64,000 bases of DNA, from assembly GCA_042408215.1 (NCBI GenBank), contig JAYFMW010000021.1, positions 1 through 64,000 of the forward strand. Reading direction: 5' to 3'. Shown one piece after another: positions 30,693-41,372 of the stretch. The notes under the pieces are model-generated. The model did not search any database. It saw only the letters and a program-made list of their open reading frames with translations, and had not been told where the DNA came from. Each line of letters begins with the position of its first letter. Positions within the stretch are counted from its first letter, which is position 1. This DNA comes from Microcoleus sp. (lineage in GTDB: Bacteria; Cyanobacteriota; Cyanobacteriia; Cyanobacteriales; Microcoleaceae). The position numbers were made by a program, and so were the translations under genes.

Positions 30693-32048
30693 TTAATCCT
30701 GAATATTTTTTGGCTTGATTTTATCTACAATCAGCCACAAGCCATATCCAGCCAGAAGACAAATTATTGGCATAATGGGAAGGCGAAACCTATGGCTGCC
30801 AACTATCCCACCTGATACAGTCAGGAAGTAGACAGCGACGCTGACAAGGGTAATCATTGACAGATTATTCAGGAATCTCTTTGATAGTAATGCTGTGGCT
30901 GCACCTAAAAGATATACGCCTGATAATAATGACAAGCTTAAATTAGTCCAAAATATGATATATCTGTATCGATCGAGATTTTGATATGAAGGAGTGAGCG
31001 ATCGATCGAAGCGCCCCACGAATAGTGGTACATATCGGTTTGCTGGGGTCTGAACTAAAGTCGCGAACATTCCTTTTAAATGGATTATTGAGTAAGTTAA
31101 AGGCTGACTCAAAATCATCTTTTTTCCTTCTTTACCCATGTAACGGTAAATTTGAGCCTGACTCCACTGTCGCTGTTCAGGATGAAGCATAAAATATTTC
31201 TCGTGTTTAGTACACCCCAATTGTTCGTGGCTATCTTCAAACTCTATACTTTTTTGGTAAGCGATTAAAGCAGCTCCATTATAGCAATATAGGTTGTAAT
31301 CAGAAACAGCAGCAAATCCAGAATATCCTGCTTTTACATAGTTTCTGATTTGCCAAATACCAACGCTACCCATCGCCACTACCAAAAAAATACAGGTATG
31401 AATAATGAAAAATTTCCTTGCCTGCATTTTTTTTAAATTCCAGACTAGGAGGATAGCAGTTATCAGGAAAGGCAAATAATATCCGATAGGCCTGACATAA
31501 ATAGATGCTGCTAAAGTCATAGCTGCCAAAGCCAGGTGTTTTCCTGACTTATTCTTGAAGTATTCTAACAGCAGCTTCAAAAACAAAGTTAATAAAGTTG
31601 TATGTAAAGTCTCAGACATTAAAAAAGCTGACCTGAGTATTGGCAAGGGTTCAATGGCATATAGTAAAGCACATAAAATGGCAATTTCATCTTTTTTAAA
31701 GAGGAGCAAAGCAATTTTGTAGATCAGATATACAGTCAAACAATCTAGAATTATCTGAATAAAAATTGTCACATTTTCCACATGACCTACTAATAGTCCG
31801 GGAATTAGTAGTAAAGGATAGCCAGGAGTGCGAAATAGTTCTGGTCGATCGTCAATGTTTAAAAACTGACCGAATTCTATTAGCTTTTTTGCAGGGATTA
31901 TGAATGACAATGTATCACCTCTATTAAACATTTCTAAATCTTGGGTAATACTCAAAGCTAAAACAGGCAGTAATAACCTCATCAATAAAGCGACTAACAG
32001 CACTCCCCAGATTGTAAAACTAAAGCCAGAATCTTTTGTATTTTTCAT
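30693..32048 (-). CDS. GT-C fold glycosyltransferase (GT39/ArnT/PMT-like)
   Basis: Multi-TM protein with FRTPGYP, MSETL, YVRP and RFRLPIMP motifs. Confidence 0.85.
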   Translation of the reverse strand: MKNTKDSGFSFTIWGVLLVALLMRLLLPVLALSITQDLEMFNRGDTLSFIIPAKKLIEFGQFLNIDDRPELFRTPGYPLLLIPGLLVGHVENVTIFIQIILDCLTVYLIYKIALLLFKKDEIAILCALLYAIEPLPILRSAFLMSETLHTTLLTLFLKLLLEYFKNKSGKHLALAAMTLAASIYVRPIGYYLPFLITAILLVWNLKKMQARKFFIIHTCIFLVVAMGSVGIWQIRNYVKAGYSGFAAVSDYNLYCYNGAALIAYQKSIEFEDSHEQLGCTKHEKYFMLHPEQRQWSQAQIYRYMGKEGKKMILSQPLTYSIIHLKGMFATLVQTPANRYVPLFVGRFDRSLTPSYQNLDRYRYIIFWTNLSLSLLSGVYLLGAATALLSKRFLNNLSMITLVSVAVYFLTVSGGIVGSHRFRLPIMPIICLLAGYGLWLIVDKIKPKNIQD

Positions 32049-32245
32049 CTATTTAATCCTCATTGAAAGCAATAAATACTCTGTTAATACTGCATATTTG
32101 ATCGGGACTTACGCAGGGGTAGTCAGAAACCGGGTTTTTTACCAAATCTGTGGGTTATAACGAAGTATTGTCGTAAAAAACCCGGTTTCTCAGTCCCAAT
32201 GCGTCCTGGACTATTTGATGTGAAAACTACCAGCTATATATCTCC

Positions 32246-33641
32246 TTACTCCTGAATATTTTTTGGCTTAATTTTATCTACAATCAGCCACAAGCCATAT
32301 CCACCCAGCAGACAGATTATTGGCATAATGGCAAGGCGAAACCTATAGCCACCAGCAACCCCACCGGATACAGCAAGGAAGTATACGGCTATGCTAACAA
32401 GCGCGATCATTGCCCTATTTTTCAGGAAATTACTGGATAGTAAGGCTGCGGTAACACCTAACAAATATGCTCCTGATATTAATAACAAGCTTAAGTCAGC
32501 AAAAAAGACTAGAGACGAAAGGTGAAAATCACTAAATATTGCTTTCCAGCTTGTTTGACCAGTTAAAACTTTAGGAATTTTAGAGGAAGGACTTAGAGCC
32601 GGATTACGTTGCTTAGTGAATCGTTTTAGATACAGCTTTGCGGGTGTCTCAATCAAGGTTCTAAGAGTTCCTTCTAAATGAACAATTGACGCATCCCAAG
32701 TATTGCTCATAATCATTTTCTTTCCCTTCTTTCCCCATGTAACGATAAATTTTGCTCTGACTCCATTCTTGCTGTTCGGGATGAAAATTTAAATACTTTG
32801 CGGGATTATTACATCCAAGCTGTTCAGACATCTCTTCAAATGTTATATTTTTTTGTTTAGCAATTACAGATGCACCGTTATAGCAATATAGATTGTAATC
32901 AGAAACAGCCGCAAATGCCGAATATCCCGTTTTTACATAGTTCCTGACTTGCCAAATGCCAACGCTACCCATCGCGACTATAAAGAAGACGCAAGCATGA
33001 ATCATCAAAATCTTATTTTTATGAATCTTTGTCAAGCTATCTATCAATAATATAGCAGCGATAAGGAAAGGTAAATAATACCCTATAGGTCGGACATAAA
33101 TAGATGCAGCCAAGGTAATTGCTGCACATAGTAAATATTTCCACGACTTTTCAGTAAAGTATTTTATCAGTAGATACATGAATAAGGTGATTAAGGCCGT
33201 AAACAGAGTTTCAGGCATCAGCAGCGTCAGCCATAGGATAGATACTGGTTCAACTGCGTACAGCAAGGCACAAAAAGTTGCAATTTTGCTTTCACCCCAA
33301 ATAGCCAATGCAATTTTATATATTAGAAATATCGTGAAGCAGCTCAGCATTATTTGAATGAAGATTGCCACAAGTTCTTGATGACCTAATAAAATTCCTG
33401 GTATCAATAATAGTGGATAGCCAGGAGTGCGGAAGATTTCAGGCTGTACGCTATTTGCAAATTGACCTGACTCTATTAACTTTCTGGCTGTTATCAGGTA
33501 TGATTCAGTGTCTAGAGTGTACGATCCTGATGTGTTGTTAATAGCAAGAACCACAATTGTTAATAAGCACCTCAGCAAAAAAGCTGTGGTCAGCACTCCC
33601 CTGATTGTAAAATTAAAGCCAGATATTTTTGTACTTTTCAT
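32246..33641 (-). pseudogene. Paralogous GT39/ArnT-like glycosyltransferase, frameshifted near 32720
   Basis: ORFs 32661-33641 and 32246-32716 align end-to-end with the 30693-32048 paralog. There is one extra base in GGGAAAGAAAATG. May be an assembly error. Confidence 0.75.
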
Positions 33642-33824
33642 CTATTTAATCCTCATTTTAAGCAATAAATACTCTGTTAATACTGCATATTTGATCGGGA
33701 CTTACGCACGGGTAGTCAGAAACCTGGTTTTTTACCAAATCTGTGGGTTATAACTGAGATATTGCACCATTCTCAATTAGCCTTTTATGAACAGGCAAGA
33801 TGCCTGTTCCACAAAAAAATTCAT

Positions 33825-35275
33825 CTATTGTGGAACAGGCATCTTGCCTGTTGCTGACGCAGCATCAACACTCGCTTCTTCAACATATTCACTGTCAGAA
33901 TTCACCTCCCAAAGGTCATGTTTCCCTGGGTTCAACACATTCTGGGCAGCTAAAATCCCCATCAACAAACTGTGGTCTTGGTTGTTATACTTAAAAGCAC
34001 CATAACGACCGACAACTTGCAAATTCTCAAATTGCTTGATATAAGTTTGAATTTCTGATAAAATGTATTTGTAATCCCCTGCATAAATTGGGTAAGTACG
34101 CGGCAAGCGAACTACAAAACCTCCCGCAATCTTCTCATCGCGAAGCAGCCCAATTTTTCTCAATTCTTGTTCGGCCAAACTCAAAAGTTCAGCTTCCGGC
34201 TGCCGCCACATCGGTTCGTCGAGGTTACACCAATATTCGCAGCATAAAGGCGTTTGGTGCTGGTTTGGTAGCATTTCCGGCGACCAATTGGCAAAATTAG
34301 TTACCCTCCCGACGCTGACACTCGGCTCATTGATGTAAAGCCAGTTGTCCGGGAATAACTGGCTCCCTTCAACTATTAGATAAACGAGAACTGTGTTGCG
34401 AAACTTGAGCGATCGCGCCAATGATAAGATTTGCTTACGGGGGGGGGGGAAATCATTTGATTTACTAATGTATTCAGCGGGACTGAGGAAATCACTGCAC
34501 TACAGCGAACCGTTGACTCTACTCCGGTTTGGCGATTTCTCAGAGTGAGTTGAGTAACGCGACTGTTGTGCTCGTGCACCCACACTACTTCTGTATTCAG
34601 GAGAATTTCCTGATTTTTTTCCAGTAGATAGTCGCTGATTTTGTCGTATAATTGCCCGGAGCCTAAACGGGGAAATTGAAATTGATCGATTAGGCTTTTA
34701 ACTTTGCCATCACTACCAAAAAAAGCGGTGCGAAGTGCTTTGAGCAGGGAAAGTCCTTTAATCCGCTGGGCGGCCCATTCAGCACTAATTTCAGTGCAGG
34801 GAATCCCCCAAAGTTTTTCTGTATAAGCTTCAAAAAATATTTCAAATAAACGCTTGCCAAATTTAGCTTCAACCCATTCTGCAAAATTTTTAGGGTGGCG
34901 GTTGGGTAACAGTTTTGCTACTAAATAAGAAAAAAAGATGCGGATATTTTCCACAATTCCCAAGGCAAATAAGACTTCAAAAGCTTTGAGGGGATAGCTA
35001 AAGTATTTGCCGTTATAGTAAATGCGGGTGAGGCGGCTGACTGTGACTTGTTCGGTGCCCAAAACTTCGTTCCAGAGTTTGAGGACGGGGGGAATTTTAG
35101 TGTAAAAACGGTGGGGGCCGAGGTCGAGAATAAATCCTTGGTACTCGATGCTTTTAGCGAGTCCGCCAACTTGCGATTCTCGCTCAACGATGACAACTGT
35201 TTGACCTTGCTGTGTGAGGGTATAAGCGGCAGCTAGACCGGCAGGCCCAGCCCCAAGTATGTATATTGGGGGCAC
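33825..35275 (-). pseudogene. FAD-dependent oxidoreductase (amine oxidase / UDP-galactopyranose-mutase-like), frameshifted at a C11 tract
   Basis: ILGAGPAGLAAA, DLGPHRF and GRYGAFKYNNQDHS are split across two frames at 34439-34449. Confidence 0.8.
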
Positions 35276-35306
35276 GTTTTGCTGTTGATGAATTTTTTAT
35301 AACTAA

Positions 35307-35377
35307 TAGACATCTCCCATAATTATTGTGGAACAGGCATCCTGCCTGTTCTTGACAAGCTTTTTAGGAGATGTCTA
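35307..35377. mobile_element. 71-bp MITE-like element (TAGACATCTCC...GGAGATGTCTA), copy 1
   Basis: 11-bp TIR; internal GAACAGGCA..TGCCTGTTC palindrome. Confidence 0.8.
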
Positions 35378-35476
35378 ATATTTTAGAGTAGCACAGTCTG
35401 TCAATGTTTCATATCAATTCCGGTAGCATCGGAATTATTAGTAGCCGAAATTAGGAGACTGCACGTCCCCTTCTTC

Positions 35477-35690
35477 GTGTCAACTTAAGCCTGAAAGCCC
35501 TGAGAAATCTGGTTTTTACCTGAGTCTAGATCCCCCTAAATCCCCCTTAAGAAGGGAGTAGGGTGTGAGTAGGGGTTGACGAAAGATCGGACTCCTGTCC
35601 CCCCCTTCTTAAGGGGGGTTAGGGGGGATCTAGGGTTAATAGTCAAACAGTAGTCTGTGACAGGGTTTGGCCTTAAGTTGACACTAATGG
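35477..35690. mobile_element. GTGTCAACTTAAG-type MITE containing a CCCCCTAA/AAGGGGG palindromic repeat
   Basis: Reverse-complement near-copy of 39912-40108 with a different central segment. Confidence 0.8.
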
Positions 35691-35835
35691 CTCTTGGAGT
35701 GTCCCTACAATATTATTTTGGGTAGGGACACTCCAAGAGCCTTGGACTCTATATCATTCCGGTGCAGTCGGAAACGATATTACTGGTTATTTGTTACTGG
35801 TTATTTGCAGGAAATAACCAATAACCAATAACTAA

Positions 35836-35906
35836 TAGACATCTCCTAAAAAGCTTGTCAAGAACAGGCAGGATGCCTGTTCCACAATAATTATGGGAGA
35901 TGTCTA
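35836..35906. mobile_element. 71-bp MITE-like element, copy 2 (inverted relative to copy 1)
   Basis: Reverse complement of 35307-35377. Confidence 0.8.
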
Positions 35907-35952
35907 ATAACTAATAACTAATGACTAATGACTAATGACTAATGACTAATGA

Positions 35953-38317
35953 CTATTCATCATCATCAAAAGCTTGACTACCGCCACCAACTGCAACTAA
36001 ATCAATTTGCTGGCGATAGTAGTCAACACTCTTGACTTGAACTTCCACCCGATCGCCCAAACGGTACTGATTGCGGTTTTTGCGCCCGACGAGAGTTTGT
36101 TGGCGCGATCGATACTCATACCAATCATCCTTCAGCGAAGAAACGTGCACCAATCCTTCAACCCGCAGAAGTTCGCTCTCCGGCGGCCGCACCTCAATTT
36201 CCACAAAGAAACCGTAAGACTGAACACCTGTAATCAAACCCTGGAAAGTTTGCCCAGTGCGCTCTTTCATCAATCCCGTTTTCTTCAATCCTTGCAAATC
36301 GCTTTCAGCGTCCTCAGCAACCCTTTCCCGTTCCGTCAGGTGCACTACTACCGATGCGAACTCCGTCTCAAATTCGTGGTGTAAGTCTGGGGGGAGGACG
36401 TTCCAAGTAATTTGGCCGTGACAGGAGGAATGGTGCAAGTCAACTTTTTCCTTAGTCCTTGTTGTACGGCCGCTGCGGCCCTGCTCCAACACTGCTTGCA
36501 ACAATCGCAACACCAGCAAATCGGCGTAGCGGGACAGCGGCGAAGTGCAGCGCGTGTAACCATCTTGCAAGGCTAAACCGAAGTGCGGCTTAGGAGTAGT
36601 GCTGTAAACAGCGGGCTTCATGGTGTCTTCCAGCAGGTAGGTGAGCACTCTTTCCGACTTCAATCCTGCAAACTGCTGCGTAAATCGCTGAAAGTCAAAG
36701 GGCAGAACTTCCTCTTCGTTTTCTAGATACAGTTCGCCTCCGAGGTTGTTGGACAGTTTGATGAACTCTTGAATGTCTGCCGGATCTGGCATGGGCTGGA
36801 CGCGGTAAATTCCGGGTACTCCCAAGGCTTGCAGGTGGGTGGCTACTGCTTGGTTGGCTAGTACGACTAATTCGGCGACGGCAGACTGGGCGCGGGGGGC
36901 GATCGCAAAAGCCCCCAGTTCCCCTTCATCGTCGAAGTGAGAGTTGGCATCGGGCAAATTTAGTTCAAAAGCTCCCCGCTGGAGTCTCGCCTGTCTGGCG
37001 GCCTGTGAGGCTGCGGAGATTTGATCTAGGAAAGGACGAAGGGCGGAGGACAAAGGGTCATCGGAGCGAGATTCGAGTATTGCTTCTGCTTCCTTGATAG
37101 CTGAGTTGGTAGTCAATTTGAATGACGCTGGTTTGAATTTCGTATTCAGCGAGGGCCCCTGATTCGTCAAGGGTCAGCAGCACGCTGAAGGCCAGCCGTT
37201 CGGTGTCTGGCAGCAAAGAGCAGCGCTCGTTCACGATTTCTGGCAGCACGGCGATGATTTTTGATCCCAGATGGGGGGCGGTGCCTCGCTTGCGGGCTTC
37301 GCGGTCGATCGGGGTTTCTGGCTGCACGTACTCGGCGGCGTCGGCGATGTGAATTCCCACTCGCCAACCTCCCGACTTGAGGGTTTCAATGGAGAGGGCA
37401 CGTTCGACTGGTGGATCGGACAGGAATGAGGCCGGGTCAAACTCGTTCTCGTTTTCGGCTGGGTCGGAGAAAGTTTCCTCCCCAATTGTTTCAGGATTAT
37501 TTTCGCTTTGGGTTTCTTCCAGTTGGTTTTTGCTGAAGGTAATGGTGAGGATGTCTCGCAAATCTAAGCGTTTTTTGATGTCGGTTTTTTTGAGTTTGCT
37601 GGGCAAATTTTCGGCTGCTTTGATGACTGCGGGCGGGAACGATCGCGGCAAGTCGTGTTTGCAGCATACGATGTCGAGGTCGTCAGCGGCTTCGGCGTCG
37701 GAACCGAGTACCTGTACTACTTTTCCGACTGGGCGGTGGGTGCCGAGGGGATAGCGCTTGACTTCGACGTGCACCAAATGGTCGATCGCCTCTTGGAGAT
37801 TGATGCCGTTTGCCAGTAAGTCTAGTTCAAACAGCAGGCGATCGTCCAGGGGAATTGCTCTGTAGCTGAGGCGGCCGGTGGGGGTGGCTGTTTGCTTGAC
37901 TCTGGCGAGTACCGAGGGGTTGGCGCGTTCGAGTATCAGCATGACTTCGCCTTCGGGGGAACGGCGGCGGCTACCTTCTTTAATGATTTTGACTAAGACT
38001 CGATCGCCATTCCATGCTGTTGAGAGATGACTTTCCCGCACGTAAACGTCTTCTGAGCCTTCGGCGTCTTGAATTGCGAAGCAAAATCCTTTGCTTGAAC
38101 AGCGCAGTTTTGCTTCTACCACATCGTCTTCAGTTACTCGGCGATATCGACCTTTATCTTTGACTAAAATGCCAATTTTCTCTAGAGCTTCTAATGCGAT
38201 TTGAAGTTTGAGTTGACTGGTGGCGTCATTGCAGTCGAGTTTTTTCTCTAATGCTTTGGGAGCCACTAATTTGTCTTCTGTAAAATTTGCCAACAGTGCA
38301 GCGATAGAAAATTCCAT
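35953..38317 (-). CDS. RNase II/R (RNB) family protein, Zam-like; apparent frameshift near 37093
   Basis: Cold-shock domain (KGFCFA..DVYV), RNB (HIADAAEYV; HFGLA..YTRCTSPLSRYADL) and S1 (EGLVHVSSL). The two ORFs join at YQLSYQ/EAEAILES if one base is removed. Confidence 0.8.
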
Positions 38318-38799
38318 GTAGCGATCGATCCTCTTTTTTCCAGCAATTAGTCTAATTTTGGCGAAATCGACCGCGCCCTCTCCCGCCGGAGCGAACGTGC
38401 TTCCCAACGAACTATCGGGCGCGGGTTAGTAGGTTGAGACAAGCACAGCCACCCAGTTTGAGCGCGGGGATTTTTTTTGAAATTCTTTCCCGACGCCGGT
38501 GGCGGCCAATTTTCTGCTGTCTGTCTTCAACTGACTTCTGACGGTGCAGAAAACTGTCTTTTACCCTTACTACTTTTGCTTACTTGCTTAGTCATTTCCG
38601 ATAGTAGGTAGAAATGACGCCCGGTGGCTGTTAGCTTAAACCGCCGGATGTGGGATGGGGTTTAGTGGCGTGAAAAGTTGCGCGGATGATTCACCTTATA
38701 ATTTATTGTATGTTGAATAGGTGATTTCAGAAAAATGTTTTCTCTGGTCTGTACTACACTTAATTCATCAGCCCCCTCTGGTTTCGGGGTCAAAACATT

Positions 38800-39780
38800 A
38801 TGTTTGCTCAATTTCGCACCCTTTATCCAACTGGACAGTTGATCTGTGAATTGCTGACTGTTCATCACGGTAAGTTTGTTGTTCGCTCTCTGGTTCAGGT
38901 TGACGGCAAAACTCTCGCTACGGGTATGTCGGCTGCTGAGTCTGTTGAGGAGGCTGAAGACCGCGCCCGGTTGCGATCGCTCGCTGTCCTCGGATTTGAT
39001 GCGGCTACACCTGCGACGATCGCCAATGTTTCTCCCTCTCCCGTGGCTGTTGTTCCGGCTCCGGCTCCGGCTCCCGTTGCTGTTCCGGCTCCCGTTGCTG
39101 TTCCGGCTCCCGTTGCTGTTCCGGCTCCCGTTGCAGCTCCTGTCTTAGAAAAGCCTCTTACCAATGACAATTTTGCTATATCACATCAGAGCAGTTTTGT
39201 CAATAGTCAATCGCAATTAATCGAAGAGGCGATCGCACCAGTACCGACTCCAACCCATAGCTCAGGATTGCAGCCAATTGTCGATCGGGCTGTGACAGGA
39301 TCTAGAGAGGAATTCGACTCTTCTGACGCTTGGCTTTCTTCCAGCTACGGGGAACCGCGACCGGAACCGTCCATACCAAGGGCTAACCAAACTGAACTTT
39401 TACAGGGCGCAGCCGAAGTCAGGGAATTGGAACCGATGTCTGTTGGGATTCCGAGTGATGCGATCGAGGATATTTCTGAGACGATCGCCCAAATAGACGC
39501 GACTCTCAAGCGCCTGAAATGGACTAAAAAACAAGAAAATGACTGTCTGCAACACAATTACGGCAAACCGTCCCAAGGACTGCTGTCAGCAGCAGACTTG
39601 GTAGATTATCTCGAATATCTGGAAATCTACAGCAGAACGACTGAGGAAATCAAGCGTTTGGGCTGGAGTAGCAGTCAAGGAAAGGATTATCTCAAACAAG
39701 CTTACGGCCAGGAAGCGCGACACTTCTTAAATAGAGAAGAATTGCTCGACTTCCTCCAATATCTCGAATCTTTGCCATAA
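38800..39780 (+). CDS. Conserved cyanobacterial hypothetical protein with a PAPVAV linker and duplicated C-terminal helical module
   Basis: Globular N-terminus; 18-bp tandem repeat at about 39040-39140; two [LI]KRLxW...YG...L[VL]D[YF]LxYLE repeats. Confidence 0.8.
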   Translation: MFAQFRTLYPTGQLICELLTVHHGKFVVRSLVQVDGKTLATGMSAAESVEEAEDRARLRSLAVLGFDAATPATIANVSPSPVAVVPAPAPAPVAVPAPVAVPAPVAVPAPVAAPVLEKPLTNDNFAISHQSSFVNSQSQLIEEAIAPVPTPTHSSGLQPIVDRAVTGSREEFDSSDAWLSSSYGEPRPEPSIPRANQTELLQGAAEVRELEPMSVGIPSDAIEDISETIAQIDATLKRLKWTKKQENDCLQHNYGKPSQGLLSAADLVDYLEYLEIYSRTTEEIKRLGWSSSQGKDYLKQAYGQEARHFLNREELLDFLQYLESLP

Positions 39781-39911
39781 GTGCGATCGGATATAACCAT
39801 CGACAACACAGCAAGGGAAGAAACGGCAATGCCGTTTCCCTACCCCAAAATAATCGATCGCTCTCTAGGATGTAACCATCGCGCGATTAATTGTAGGGAA
39901 ACGGCACTGCC

Positions 39912-40108
39912 CATTGGTGTCAACTTAAGGCCAAACCCTGTCACAGACTACTGTTTGACGATTAAGGCCAGATCCCCCCTAACCCCCCTTAAGAAGGGGG
40001 GGACAGGAGTCCGATCAAAGTCCCCCTTCTTAAGGGGGATTTAGGGGGATCTAGACTCAGGTAAAAACCAGATTTCTCAGGGCTTTCAGGCTTAAGTTGA
40101 CACCAATG
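39912..40108. mobile_element. CATTGGTGTCAACTTAAG MITE nested in a GTAGGG..GGCACTGCC repeat and itself containing a CCCCCTT/AAGGGGG repeat
   Basis: 18-bp perfect TIR; flanks GGCACTGCC / GGCAC. Confidence 0.85.
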
Positions 40109-40178
40109 GGCACGCTTGAGTGTCCTGACTGTGGGTAATATCAATTCCTATGCCACCGGAATTGATATTACTGGTAAT

Positions 40179-40787
40179 TTAGACAACGGCGGCGATCGGA
40201 CGAGTTGCAGAAGGACGGCGATCGATCACTTGATCCACTAAACCGTATTCCTTTGCTTCTTCGGCGGACATGAAGAAATCCCGTTCGGTATCTTCTTCAA
40301 TGCGCGATAGAGGCTGACCGGTATGATTTGCCAAAAATTCGTTCAGGCGGCGTTTGTGATACAAAATCTCTTTGGCCTGAATTTCAATATCCGTTGCTTG
40401 TCCCTGAGCTCCCCCTAAAGGTTGATGGATCATAATCCGGGTGTGAGGCAGACTCATGCGCTTGCCTTTAGCCCCCGCACTCAACAGAAAAGCGCCCATG
40501 CTGGCGGCCAAACCGAGACAAATGGTGCAAACATCAGGGCGGATGTGGTTCATGGTGTCAAAAATGCCCATACCAGCCGTCACCGAACCCCCAGGGGAGT
40601 TGATATAGAGGTAAATATCTTTCTCTGGGTCTTCGGCGTCTAAAAATAGCAATTGGGCGACGATCAGGTTAGCCAAGTCTGAGTCTACCTGTTGGCCCAA
40701 GAAGACGATGCGATCGCGCAGGAGTCGCGAGTAGATATCAAAAGCGCGTTCGCCGCGACCGGATTGTTCTATAACTGTTGGGATCAT
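40179..40787 (-). CDS. clpP: ATP-dependent Clp protease proteolytic subunit
   Basis: [43 protein letters not shown]. Confidence 0.97.
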   Translation of the reverse strand: MIPTVIEQSGRGERAFDIYSRLLRDRIVFLGQQVDSDLANLIVAQLLFLDAEDPEKDIYLYINSPGGSVTAGMGIFDTMNHIRPDVCTICLGLAASMGAFLLSAGAKGKRMSLPHTRIMIHQPLGGAQGQATDIEIQAKEILYHKRRLNEFLANHTGQPLSRIEEDTERDFFMSAEEAKEYGLVDQVIDRRPSATRPIAAVV

Positions 40788-41372
40788 TGACAGGGCCTGC
40801 CTATTTACGTCTCTTTTTTTAATTTTAGCGGGTGGGGCTTATTTGTAGTTAGGGATTCGTGGCGGGCGATCGGCTTTTATCGGCAAAATCCTTAATTTCG
40901 CGCGGTTTGAGGCATGATCGAGTTCATAGTCGAAACTTGAACAGGTGCGATTTCCTGACTCTCTGGAAAAAGTGTAATTGCATATTGCAAAGAAAAGGTT
41001 GTTACATCGAGACGATCTTCCTCAGTCCAGGTATCACTTTGCTCGAATAGTCTGTTAATTTCCATCGCTAAATCCCCACTGGAATTCCATCCCATAAATA
41101 TTGTCTATCAAATCTGAAACTTGAACCGGTGAATCATCAGGTATCGCAGAAGCAGGACTGATCTCAAATCCGTTGACATCGGAATTATGCCTCTCTCTCT
41201 TATCTTCCTCTGCGTACTCTGCGTACTCTGCGGTTTAATCATTCCAATGCAACCAGAATTGATCTGATGCACTGCGACTAAAGAAACCGGGTTTTTAGGA
41301 TAAAACTTCGTTACAGCGCACAGATTCGGTAAAATAACCGGTTTCCAGACCCCATGAGTAAACCCTGAATAC

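Noticed and set aside
37058..37170. Programmed ribosomal frameshift in the RNase gene
   Set aside because: There is no canonical slippery heptamer. Clustering with two other indels points to sequencing error or mutation.
40892..41095. Small ORF, possibly an antitoxin-like fragment
   Set aside because: No clear RBS, recognisable family or partner gene; too weak to call.
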